Origin: a virus
Taxonomy: Duplodnaviria > Caudoviricetes
Virus record (IMG/VR): IMGVR_UViG_3300016672_000187
Span: 1-34,945 of that record
DNA length: 34,945 nucleotides
Direction: 5' to 3' (one strand)
The translations under genes were made by a program, and so were the position numbers. The notes beneath the pieces were generated by a model. The model saw nothing but the letters and a program-made list of their open reading frames with translations. It had not been told where the DNA came from and did not search any database. Below, in pieces: positions 27,612-34,945 of this stretch (positions within the stretch are counted from its first letter, which is position 1; the number at the start of each line of letters is the position of its first letter).

Positions 27612-28079
27612 TTAATTGCTTGAAGGCATCGGAAGTTTATTCTTATGATACCATTCTTTAGTGCCTGGGATTTTAGCCGATTTCTGATACTTTGACTTCA
27701 AACTCTTAAACTGTTTTATGAGGTCGTCAAATTCTTCCGTTTTGTATTGATTAAGCGGTTTTTTTAATACACTCAGCTTATTCATAAACTCATTAAAAGG
27801 AGTCCAATTCTGAGGATCATAAAGACCGATATACTGAGCATCTTTCATAATAATTGATCTCAGTCCTTTCAATCGAGCTTCGTTATATTCCTTAATTAAA
27901 AGTTGTTTTTCCGTTGGTTGCTTCGGGAAAAACATATAATAAAAGCTTTCCAACTCTTTCGGCTCAAGCTCGTCGATGCTCCCAGTTCTGTAACCTGTGT
28001 GCAACCAAATCGACTGCTCCAAAGATTGCTGAGCAAATTTTTGCTGCAGCTGCTTTTTCATAATTGAATTTGTTATCAT
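27612..28079 (-). CDS. Hypothetical early protein (weakly GemA/gp16-like)
   Basis: Position in early operon; W..FN.F......K.L......E...L.KQF pattern; alternative start at 28061. Confidence 0.5.
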   Translation of the reverse strand: MITNSIMKKQLQQKFAQQSLEQSIWLHTGYRTGSIDELEPKELESFYYMFFPKQPTEKQLLIKEYNEARLKGLRSIIMKDAQYIGLYDPQNWTPFNEFMNKLSVLKKPLNQYKTEEFDDLIKQFKSLKSKYQKSAKIPGTKEWYHKNKLPMPSSN

Positions 28080-28118
28080 TTTTAATCTTTTTTTTGTGTT
28101 TAAATAGCGTTTAACCGC

Positions 28119-28247
28119 TTATTCATTCCATTTTTTACCACAATCCGGACATTGATTCCAAAGTGCGTTTCTCCAATCGAATTCGCTTCCGCAATGGATG
28201 CAGGTGCGCCATACTTCGTGATTGAAAAATTTATTTATATATATCAT
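28119..28247 (-). CDS. Small zinc-ribbon protein (42 aa; not in ORF track)
   Basis: MIYINKFFNHEVWRTCIHCGSEFDWRNALWNQCPDCGKKWNE: CxxC-x13-CxxC; ATG 2 nt after the upstream stop. Confidence 0.7.
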   Translation of the reverse strand: MIYINKFFNHEVWRTCIHCGSEFDWRNALWNQCPDCGKKWNE

Positions 28248-28249
28248 TT

Positions 28250-28708
28250 TTAAAATTCTAATGTGCTTTGATATGGAACTTCCAAATCGTAATATTTTCT
28301 CAATGCTTGTCCTAATTTTTCTTTAATAATTAGGCGTTCCTTTTCACTAACATGATTTTCATCGGCTAAAAAGTTGTTGTGCAAAACCGCTTTCCAATCT
28401 CCCTTCCAAGGTTTTTCATCTATAAAAGAATTGTAAGTTGTATAAACTCTATTTTTGTAAATAGCATCCTCTTTTTCTTCTATTGTTTGACTACGTATGT
28501 GAACTACATGCATCCATCTTGCAACTTTCTTGTCTCTTTCTTCAGCTAATCCAGGAGTACAATTTTCAAACATCACAACAAGTGATTTTTTTTTAAAAAT
28601 TTTATTAAGTTTTGCAACGCCGTAGTAAACACGGAGATGCTTCTTTTTTATTGACTTCCATTTTTCTGCTATCTCTTCTGCAGTAAGGGGATCATTCAGC
28701 CTTTTCAT
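28250..28708 (-). CDS. Hypothetical early protein (start MKRLND)
   Basis: ATG at 28708 just downstream of the RNA element. Confidence 0.65.
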   Translation of the reverse strand: MKRLNDPLTAEEIAEKWKSIKKKHLRVYYGVAKLNKIFKKKSLVVMFENCTPGLAEERDKKVARWMHVVHIRSQTIEEKEDAIYKNRVYTTYNSFIDEKPWKGDWKAVLHNNFLADENHVSEKERLIIKEKLGQALRKYYDLEVPYQSTLEF

Positions 28709-28717
28709 GTTTAAATT

Positions 28718-28763
28718 TTGTTCCCAGGAGCGGAATCGAACCGCTCCAAAAAACCGTTTGGGA
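28718..28763 (-). ncRNA. tRNA-like element, copy 2
   Basis: TCCCA AACGGTTTTTT GGAGCGG TTCGATT CCGCTCC TGGGA ACAA directly after TAA. Confidence 0.8.
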
Positions 28764-29111
28764 TTAGTGTACAAGAAGCCCTCCTACAACTTCCGGAACA
28801 TCATTGAGAGCAATTAAATCAAGATTCCATAAAAATTTGTGTAATTCTTCTGTCTTATCTTTCATTTCACCCCAACCATCGCTGAGTTTTCCATTTACAA
28901 CAACAAAAATTTCATTTTCCTCCTCTGCAACGTAATTCCCTTCTCCAGTAATGAAGTATTCGAAATCCTCACTGTCATCGATTAGGTTTGAAATTTCTCC
29001 ATAAAAGAAATTTTCAAAATCTCCATCGTATTCACTTTCAAATTTTTCGTTGCTTTGCGGTTGTCTTAATTGAAATCCGATTCCGCAACTTGCTGTGTAG
29101 TCTACACCCAT
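28764..29111 (-). CDS. Hypothetical acidic early protein
   Basis: 115 aa, flanked on both sides by the tRNA-like element. Confidence 0.7.
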   Translation of the reverse strand: MGVDYTASCGIGFQLRQPQSNEKFESEYDGDFENFFYGEISNLIDDSEDFEYFITGEGNYVAEEENEIFVVVNGKLSDGWGEMKDKTEELHKFLWNLDLIALNDVPEVVGGLLVH

Positions 29112-29134
29112 TTTTATTAATTTTAAAGGTTTGT

Positions 29135-29180
29135 TTGTTCCCAGGAGTGGAATCGAACCACTCCAAAAAACCGTTTGGGA
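29135..29180 (-). ncRNA. tRNA-like element, copy 3
   Basis: Identical to copy 1; directly after TAA of 29181..29504. Confidence 0.8.
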
Positions 29181-29504
29181 TTAGGCGTTGAAAAAGGAAA
29201 GAATTGCTGATTCTTCAATATATTTTCCTGTTTCAGCATAGTAATGTGATGCAAAGTTTGAAACCAATTCTAAATTTTTGGTTGTCAATTCTTCCAAATT
29301 TTCGGTTTTGTTCTCTTTTGAATAGTCATTGTTGTAATGAAGCATCCAATTTGCTCCGCTGATAAAATCTTCTTGGATTGATTTTCTTGCATCTTTATTG
29401 CTTTTAAACTGCGATTCTCCAAGTTCAATTATTGCATGAGCTTCCGCAGCATCTTGGATTTTCGCTTTAATTACGTTTTGAATTTTGTTGTTAATTGTTG
29501 CCAT
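29181..29504 (-). CDS. Hypothetical early protein
   Basis: 107 aa; contains DFISGANWM, a short motif seen in phage hypotheticals. Confidence 0.65.
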   Translation of the reverse strand: MATINNKIQNVIKAKIQDAAEAHAIIELGESQFKSNKDARKSIQEDFISGANWMLHYNNDYSKENKTENLEELTTKNLELVSNFASHYYAETGKYIEESAILSFFNA

Positions 29505-29628
29505 TTTTTAATCTATTTTTTAGGGTTTTAAGTGTGTTAATTTCTTGCTTATTAGAAATAGGCTTTAGCCTTATTCCTTCACGCTCAGGGAATAGTTCCG
29601 AAAGCGGAGATTTTCTTTTTTTTAGCAT
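29491..29628 (-). CDS. Small basic hypothetical protein (45 aa; not in ORF track)
   Basis: MLKKRKSPLSELFPEREGIRLKPISNKQEINTLKTLKNRLKNGNN fills the gap, starting 4 nt after the upstream stop. Confidence 0.45.
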   Translation of the reverse strand: MLKKRKSPLSELFPEREGIRLKPISNKQEINTLKTLKNRLKNGNN

Positions 29629-29632
29629 ACCT

Positions 29633-30016
29633 TTAATCTAAATCATCATAAACAACTGTATCAGGTCTATTTCTTAAATCTCTCGGAGTGTTCAATATAG
29701 CTTGATGATTATTTTCTTCATTTTCTGAATTTTGAAGATTTTCAACTTCAACATTTTCATTGAAAATTTTATTTATAAAACCAATTTCCTGTTCAAAAAC
29801 GTAAGGTGATCTCAGCTTTATAAATCGATGCCATTTACCGTCTACAAAAGCATATCTATGAAGATCTAAATATGTAAAATCCTTTTGCCTACCGTGAAAT
29901 TGCTCCAATAACTTATGAGTGGTAAATTCTTTAGTTATTTTATCCTTACCCTCTAAATATTCCAACTTGAAAGAAGTTGCATTGTCAATGTTTATTCGCT
30001 TTTTGAATTTTTTCAT
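29633..30016 (-). CDS. Hypothetical early protein
   Basis: 127 aa ORF after RNA element copy 4. Confidence 0.65.
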   Translation of the reverse strand: MKKFKKRINIDNATSFKLEYLEGKDKITKEFTTHKLLEQFHGRQKDFTYLDLHRYAFVDGKWHRFIKLRSPYVFEQEIGFINKIFNENVEVENLQNSENEENNHQAILNTPRDLRNRPDTVVYDDLD

Positions 30017-30030
30017 TATAAAAATTTTCT

Positions 30031-30077
30031 TTGTTCCCAGGAGCGGAATCGAACCGCTCCAAAAAAACCGTTTGGGA
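30031..30077 (-). ncRNA. tRNA-like element, copy 4
   Basis: As copy 2 with a T7 linker; 12 nt after the stop of 30090..30824. Confidence 0.8.
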
Positions 30078-30089
30078 TGTGTTTTTTAG

Positions 30090-30824
30090 CTACTCTGAGA
30101 CTTTTTCAGGCTCAGTTTCAATTGGAAATAAATCCTCGATTACTGTTCCTTCAGGAAAATCTACCGATGTGATTGAAAGAGGGATGTAAACTTTTTTTCC
30201 TTGTGGATTAGTTGTGTATGCCTCGATGAAAAATGCTGATCTAACAGGCTTAAAAGAATCCTGAATGATTTTAACAGCATCGTTAAATTTTTCATCGTTT
30301 AATTCAACCGCAAGCTGTCGCAATTCCAAAACTCTTGATGATTTCAAATTTCCTTTAGCATCTTTTTTCAAAAGTTTATTGATTACAGATACCAATTTTG
30401 CGGAATTTTCGTCCTTAGCCATACTTTCAACAACTTCTTTAATTTTGTCGATTCCGGCATTAACAGTGTCATCCCATCCGTCGATTACTCTAAAACCGTA
30501 AGAAATACCGTTTCCTTGGTCATCTGTAAAAGAATGAGATTGTTGCCCTTGCTTAACTTGATAAGCATCTTGTTTTAGGTCTAAAAGCGTTTTCAAGCCT
30601 TCAAAAATGGTTACTTTGAGAATTGATAAATCCTGAGATAAACCTAAGAGAGTACCTACTAAGCTCGGAACTGCTGTATTGACCAAATCCTTGTAAGCTT
30701 TTCGATCTTCTTCTTTGTTCTTTTCTTTTTCTTGAAGAGTGTTTTTTAAATCTTCCGGTGATGCCTGATTCAATAATTCTTTGATTTGCTCAGGGCTTAA
30801 TGCTTTGATGTCTATTGTTGTCAT
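30090..30824 (-). CDS. DUF3164-like early protein of Mu-like phages
   Basis: Coiled-coil N-terminus; QQSHSFT, DGWDDTVNAGI and LLKKDAKGNLKSSRVLEL motifs. Confidence 0.7.
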   Translation of the reverse strand: MTTIDIKALSPEQIKELLNQASPEDLKNTLQEKEKNKEEDRKAYKDLVNTAVPSLVGTLLGLSQDLSILKVTIFEGLKTLLDLKQDAYQVKQGQQSHSFTDDQGNGISYGFRVIDGWDDTVNAGIDKIKEVVESMAKDENSAKLVSVINKLLKKDAKGNLKSSRVLELRQLAVELNDEKFNDAVKIIQDSFKPVRSAFFIEAYTTNPQGKKVYIPLSITSVDFPEGTVIEDLFPIETEPEKVSE

Positions 30825-30976
30825 ATCGTTTGTCTTTTATTTATTTCTGTTGTTAAATCTTTTAATCTTTGTTCCCGGTTCCGGAGAGTTGGAAGTTCTT
30901 TGGCTATTAAAACCTGCCATTCTACAATTTTCTGCCTCCGGATTAATTCTTTCAAGTCTACTTTTGTTAAATCCAT
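30821..30976 (-). CDS. Small coiled-coil hypothetical protein (51 aa; not in ORF track)
   Basis: ATG immediately follows the upstream TAA; its TGA overlaps the next ATG (ATGA). Confidence 0.65.
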   Translation of the reverse strand: MDLTKVDLKELIRRQKIVEWQVLIAKELPTLRNREQRLKDLTTEINKRQTI

Positions 30977-31321
30977 TTAAGCAGCTTTTAAACGACGTTT
31001 AAAGGAGTAGTTTTTTAATTCCCAAACTTTACCGTCTCGAGTTTCCCTTACTTTATCAAAATAATCAGGGATTTTACCTTTAAACTCTCTTATATCGTCC
31101 TGTTTCATAACTTTAGAAAGAAGCCCTTCAGGGTTTTTTTGCGATTCAGGTGTATAAAAACTGTTATTTCTGAAAAATCCTAAGCCTCTTAATCTTTCTC
31201 TATCACTCTCTAAAGCGATAATTTCCCACTCCTGATTTTCAAATATTTTGGCTTTTGTTAAGTATGAGTAGCTTTGAACCACAGCAAAGCAAACTCCTGA
31301 TTCTAATAATTGTGCGATCAT
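30977..31321 (-). CDS. Hypothetical early protein
   Basis: 114 aa, tightly coupled after the ATPase. Confidence 0.65.
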   Translation of the reverse strand: MIAQLLESGVCFAVVQSYSYLTKAKIFENQEWEIIALESDRERLRGLGFFRNNSFYTPESQKNPEGLLSKVMKQDDIREFKGKIPDYFDKVRETRDGKVWELKNYSFKRRLKAA

Positions 31322-31322
31322 A

Positions 31323-32249
31323 TTAATATGTATTTTGAATGTTAATTTTTTCTCTGATAACCGTTCTTTTTAATCTTCTCAAGTCGTCTACAACCTTTAC
31401 ATTTTGAACCTGACCTGGAGAAACTTGAATTTCTTTGTAAACAGGTTTTAGCTCATCAAAGATTCTTTTCTGCGTTTGAGAATCGGCTATTCCGTTAGCT
31501 GTACATATTTTTCTCACACAATCGATTGTCGCACCGATTAAATTGATGTAAGCACGTCCAAAACGACTTTCTAACTCGTCAAAACCTAATTTTTTAAGTT
31601 TTACACCTCTTGAAATTCTATGCTCAAGGTGTGGAGTTCCGGCAATAACGAGACTCATTTCGTCTTCCGTCTCATTGTAAAGGTGAATGAACCAACGAAG
31701 CGCAGAATCTTTAAGTTTGTCGGCTTCATCAATGATTAATAAAGGTTTGATTCCTGCTCTTTTTCTGAAAAAATCAACTACTTTCATCCCTAATTTATCG
31801 ATGTGCAGATACGTTTTCCCGATATCTATTCCGAGCATTGTGCATAATTCCGTAAGAAATTCACGCTTTGCCCATTCACGACAACGGATATAGAAAACTC
31901 CAGTATCAATATTGCTTTGAGCAAATGATTTTAAAGGTGCGCTTTTACCTATTCCAGCCTTGTCTGTGATAATCATAAACAGGTTGTAATTTTTAGCATC
32001 TGTACAGATTTTTGAAACTTTTTTATAGTTGATAGTTTCTGCTATTTGCCACTCACTGTCATTATAGCCTAAAGCTTTACCAACTTTTAACCACATTTCA
32101 TCCTTTATCAAATCCCAATTGTTATTTCGCATCTGAGAAATTGTAGCTGGTGAAACGTCGGCTTTCGTGGCTACTTGTCCGTAGCTACCAAGCCTTTCTT
32201 TTTCTGTATCTATTGCAATAAGTATTGCTGATTTTTGTAAATTTGTCAT
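31323..32249 (-). CDS. MuB-like transposition AAA+ ATPase with N-terminal HTH
   Basis: VATKADVSPATISQ HTH, AGIGKS Walker A, LLIIDEAD Walker B, ELESRFGR arginine finger. Confidence 0.9.
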   Translation of the reverse strand: MTNLQKSAILIAIDTEKERLGSYGQVATKADVSPATISQMRNNNWDLIKDEMWLKVGKALGYNDSEWQIAETINYKKVSKICTDAKNYNLFMIITDKAGIGKSAPLKSFAQSNIDTGVFYIRCREWAKREFLTELCTMLGIDIGKTYLHIDKLGMKVVDFFRKRAGIKPLLIIDEADKLKDSALRWFIHLYNETEDEMSLVIAGTPHLEHRISRGVKLKKLGFDELESRFGRAYINLIGATIDCVRKICTANGIADSQTQKRIFDELKPVYKEIQVSPGQVQNVKVVDDLRRLKRTVIREKINIQNTY

Positions 32250-32251
32250 AA

Positions 32252-34351
32252 TTAGTAATTAAAAGACGTGTTATTTAATATTGCGTCTTCTAAAGATTCA
32301 GGAGATATGCCGTCTCCTGAAGCTTTTTTAAGAGGTACGCTTGTTTGATTTTCATTTAGATAATTATCTTCATAAAGGCTTATCGCTGCCTTTTCAGTGT
32401 ACATTCCCATCATTGCTGAATCTTCACCTATCATTGACGCTAATTCTTTTTCTTTAAGCTCTGATATTGCTTTTGCTCTCGCTTTAGCCTGACTAATCTT
32501 TCCGAGTTCCGGATTTTTGCCTTTGTTTGTAACCTTTGCAAAGAATTCAGCTTCACATAAAGATTTAAGTAGATTCCCGTTCTTTTCCCATAGAAAGACA
32601 GCTGATAAATCACTTAAATCATAGGTTACAACAACTTTTTTATTGAAATAATTAGAAATGATATCGTAGTAAACAGGACTCACCATATAATCAAATTCTA
32701 CTCCTACAAATTCGGTCTTAAATTGACCGTCGTGTCTAAGTGTAATTTCTTTTTTCAGTCCGAACAACATTGATATTGTTGCTTCCGAAACATCAGTAAC
32801 GTGCGGTTTTTCGCTATATTCGTGTAACTCCGAAGGGCTTTGATGAATGTTTTTGTGCTTTCTTGAGTATTTTGAAAAAGCTGTATTTCTATATTTCTCA
32901 ACATGGAGCGAAGCTTCTTCGATATTCTTTTGCATGTCCCAACCCGTTTTTTTAGCTTCTTTTTTAATCCTTTTCAAATACTCCGCTGATCTGTGAGCGT
33001 AAGCAGCTCTCGACTGAATACCTTCACCATAGAAATACTTTGAATCCATTAAGAAAACAGACTGTAGGGTTCTGAACCATCTTTCAATTTTCGCCTTTTG
33101 GTTTGCATTGGAAGAGAAAGTAACATTTACACCTAATGATTCCATTCTTTCAAATAAATCAATCATTTGCGGAGTGTTGTGTCCTGGGAAACGGTCGGTT
33201 ACCCATTCATTCGGCAAATAACCTGCGTTCTGTACCGCCATTTTCATCGCCTCCAAGTAAACCACATGGTTTTCAGAGTAATCGAAAGAGTATCCTAAAA
33301 CGTCTCCGGAGTGAACATCACGCACAGCAACAATGTTTAAAAATCTTTCCTTTCCATCTTCAGCAGTGTGAGCAACCATATTAATACGGGTTGCATCCAT
33401 TTCCCAACAATCTCCGGCAAAAAGAGCCGATTCAAACGGAATATAAGATTTATGGATGTGCGATTTTCTGCTACTTGCGCCATAACGCTTAATTCCAGTT
33501 AAGAATTGAGTTTTTGGCTGCTCTAATATGGTTTGACCAAACCAACGTCTTGAAGGTGCTTTTTTCACCGTCATTTCGCAAAAATCCAACACCTTTCTAA
33601 TAATAAATTCGTTAGAATAGTTTTGTGGCATTGAACGAAGCTGCATAACCCAACTGAAAACTTCCGGATCATTGTACATTTCTGCGTTATTATTCCCTGT
33701 TCTCGGCAAGTGAATGATATCTACAATCGCCTTATCAGTAGTTTCAAGAATTGTAATTTTTTCTTTAAGCTTCAGATAATTGTGCGGTATATACTGTAAA
33801 TCTAAATCTGATAAAATCGGACTTAAATCCTTATACAGTTTATTTGCCGTTCCTGGGTAATCTTCTCTTACATCCAGGATAAAATCTAAAACGGCACAAG
33901 CTTTAGATAGGGCTATTCTCTGAGCTTCATTATTTACATCTGAGTAAAACTCTGAGTAATTTTTTGAAGCCGTTTTTAAATGCTGTTTAAAACGTGTTTC
34001 CAAGCTTGTAGCTTCTTTAGATTTACACGCTGTTTTAAACTGGTCAAGTAAGGCTATAGAATCGCCAAACATTGATCTGTAATTTTTAGGAGCCTTATTA
34101 GGGATGTTACTCAAACAGTAATAAAACTGTCCTGATAATTTTCCCCACCTCCAAGACTTGCCGGAATCCGGCATAAAGTCTTTTGCTTTTGCAAGGTCGC
34201 AAGCACGTACTGTTTTTTTATATGAACTACGTTCTTTTCGTAAATGTCCATCTGAAAGACCACATACATCGATAACAATACGTTCAGAAAGCCAAAGGCT
34301 CTCACTCCCGTTTGTTTGTCTTATATATAAGTCTGTCGATGTAAAATTCAT
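32252..34351 (-). CDS. MuA-like DDE transposase
   Basis: CWEMDAT (D), WVTDRFPG (D), KAKIERWF (E) integrase-core motifs; 699 aa; upstream of the ATPase. Confidence 0.88.
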   Translation of the reverse strand: MNFTSTDLYIRQTNGSESLWLSERIVIDVCGLSDGHLRKERSSYKKTVRACDLAKAKDFMPDSGKSWRWGKLSGQFYYCLSNIPNKAPKNYRSMFGDSIALLDQFKTACKSKEATSLETRFKQHLKTASKNYSEFYSDVNNEAQRIALSKACAVLDFILDVREDYPGTANKLYKDLSPILSDLDLQYIPHNYLKLKEKITILETTDKAIVDIIHLPRTGNNNAEMYNDPEVFSWVMQLRSMPQNYSNEFIIRKVLDFCEMTVKKAPSRRWFGQTILEQPKTQFLTGIKRYGASSRKSHIHKSYIPFESALFAGDCWEMDATRINMVAHTAEDGKERFLNIVAVRDVHSGDVLGYSFDYSENHVVYLEAMKMAVQNAGYLPNEWVTDRFPGHNTPQMIDLFERMESLGVNVTFSSNANQKAKIERWFRTLQSVFLMDSKYFYGEGIQSRAAYAHRSAEYLKRIKKEAKKTGWDMQKNIEEASLHVEKYRNTAFSKYSRKHKNIHQSPSELHEYSEKPHVTDVSEATISMLFGLKKEITLRHDGQFKTEFVGVEFDYMVSPVYYDIISNYFNKKVVVTYDLSDLSAVFLWEKNGNLLKSLCEAEFFAKVTNKGKNPELGKISQAKARAKAISELKEKELASMIGEDSAMMGMYTEKAAISLYEDNYLNENQTSVPLKKASGDGISPESLEDAILNNTSFNY

Positions 34352-34377
34352 AATCTTATTTAAAAATTGCTATACAA

Positions 34378-34421
34378 TTGTTCCCACCGTGGTGTCGAAA
34401 CCACGCTTTGCCGTGGTGGGA
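34378..34421 (-). ncRNA. tRNA-like element, copy 5 (divergent), in the transposase leader
   Basis: TCCCAC CACGGCAAAG CGTGGT TTCGAC ACCACG GTGGGA ACAA; different stem sequence with pairing preserved. Confidence 0.7.
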
Positions 34422-34428
34422 TTTTTAC

Positions 34429-34436
34429 TATATTTG
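34429..34436 (+). promoter_or_regulatory. -7 box (TATATTTG) for the counter-oriented gene 34460..34801
   Basis: TAnnTTTG match about 24 nt before the ATG. Confidence 0.65.
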
Positions 34437-34459
34437 AGCATCAACAAAAAATATAGTTT

Positions 34460-34801
34460 ATGGTTCCTTTATATACTTTCGTGGCGGATATTTTTGCGCC
34501 TGAAAATATTACTTCCGAAGAGGAGTTTAGATCAGCAGTCGATCAGCATTTAATATACCTCCATTCATTTCCGATAGCGTATGGTCGCTCTGAATGCTCT
34601 GTTACTTATTATCCTCCATCCGACGATGCTGAAGCAATGGATTACAGACGATGGTCTTGTCGGTGTATTTTGATGCTTTCGGTGGGAAAGAATAAGATTT
34701 CACAAATTGCGAGGATTTATGAAGCCCTTCTAAAGCTACTGGCTTACGAGCTACCAGAGTTTGCAATAACTGCTGACGCAGATCAATGGAATTTTTCATA
34801 A
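34460..34801 (+). CDS. Hypothetical protein, counter-oriented within the early operon
   Basis: 113 aa ORF with its own promoter box and terminator. Confidence 0.6.
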   Translation: MVPLYTFVADIFAPENITSEEEFRSAVDQHLIYLHSFPIAYGRSECSVTYYPPSDDAEAMDYRRWSCRCILMLSVGKNKISQIARIYEALLKLLAYELPEFAITADADQWNFS

Positions 34802-34945
34802 TTAAACTCTTTTATTTGTCCTGCCTATCTTAAAGCTTCCGAACAATAACCATTCTTGAATAATTATTTTATCCACGAAAACTGTACTTACTGAAGTAGT
34901 TTTATACTTCAGTATTTTTTGTGCTAATTTTTGAAGTGTTTTCAT
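34802..34945 (-). CDS. Small basic hypothetical protein (47 aa; not in ORF track)
   Basis: MKTLQKLAQKILKYKTTSVSTVFVDKIIIQEWLLFGSFKIGRTNKRV; ATG is at the last bases of the window. Confidence 0.45.
   Translation of the reverse strand: MKTLQKLAQKILKYKTTSVSTVFVDKIIIQEWLLFGSFKIGRTNKRV
34889..34920 (+). terminator. Intrinsic terminator
   Basis: TACTGAAGTA-GTTTTA-TACTTCAGTA (10-bp stem) followed by T6. Confidence 0.7.

Larger units (their letters stand above)
1..34945. mobile_element. Mu-like transposable prophage (internal part; ends and repressor not in window)
   Basis: Adjacent DDE transposase and AAA ATPase (MuA/MuB-like), plus Mu-type head genes, contractile tail and baseplate genes, and a terminal DNA modification gene. 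Confidence 0.95.

Noticed and set aside
28718-30077. CRISPR array suggested by near-identical 46-bp repeats
   Set aside because: Intervals are 370-850 bp and contain whole genes; no cas genes in the window.
30868-30890. Possible sixth repeat copy (TTGTTCCCGGTTCCGG)
   Set aside because: Only the GGGAACAA end matches; no T-loop or closing stem, and it lies within a coupled 51-aa ORF.

Overview
The window is the interior of a Mu-like (transposable, contractile-tailed) prophage from an AT-rich host, most likely Bacteroidota/Flavobacteriia (TAnnTTTG -7 promoter boxes, A-rich start contexts without Shine-Dalgarno). From right to left on the minus strand are: a MuA-like DDE transposase, a MuB-like ATPase, early genes, an M15 endolysin and a moron cluster. 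A plus-strand block follows (small/large terminase, gp36-like, portal-MuF-nuclease fusion, tape measure, gpG/gp37-like). A divergent minus-strand block then carries ClpP-type protease/scaffold, capsid, sheath, tube, frameshifted tail chaperone, baseplate, holin, putative u-spanin, three fibre proteins and a D12-class adenine methyltransferase in the Mu mom position. The repressor and prophage ends are outside the window. The most notable non-coding signals are: (1) five copies of a ~45-nt tRNA-elbow mimic (12-bp acceptor+T helix, TTCGA T-loop, conserved GG linker, ACAA tail, compensatory base changes) in intergenic gaps of the phage operons; (2) two structured leaders, each overlapped by a counter-transcribed small RNA; (3) an A11 slippage run at the portal/MuF junction; (4) a dispersed TTTAAA-N5-TTTAAA motif; and (5) a (TAAAA)9 microsatellite abutting the tape-measure start codon. 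Protein family calls are from motif recognition and synteny only; no searches were run.
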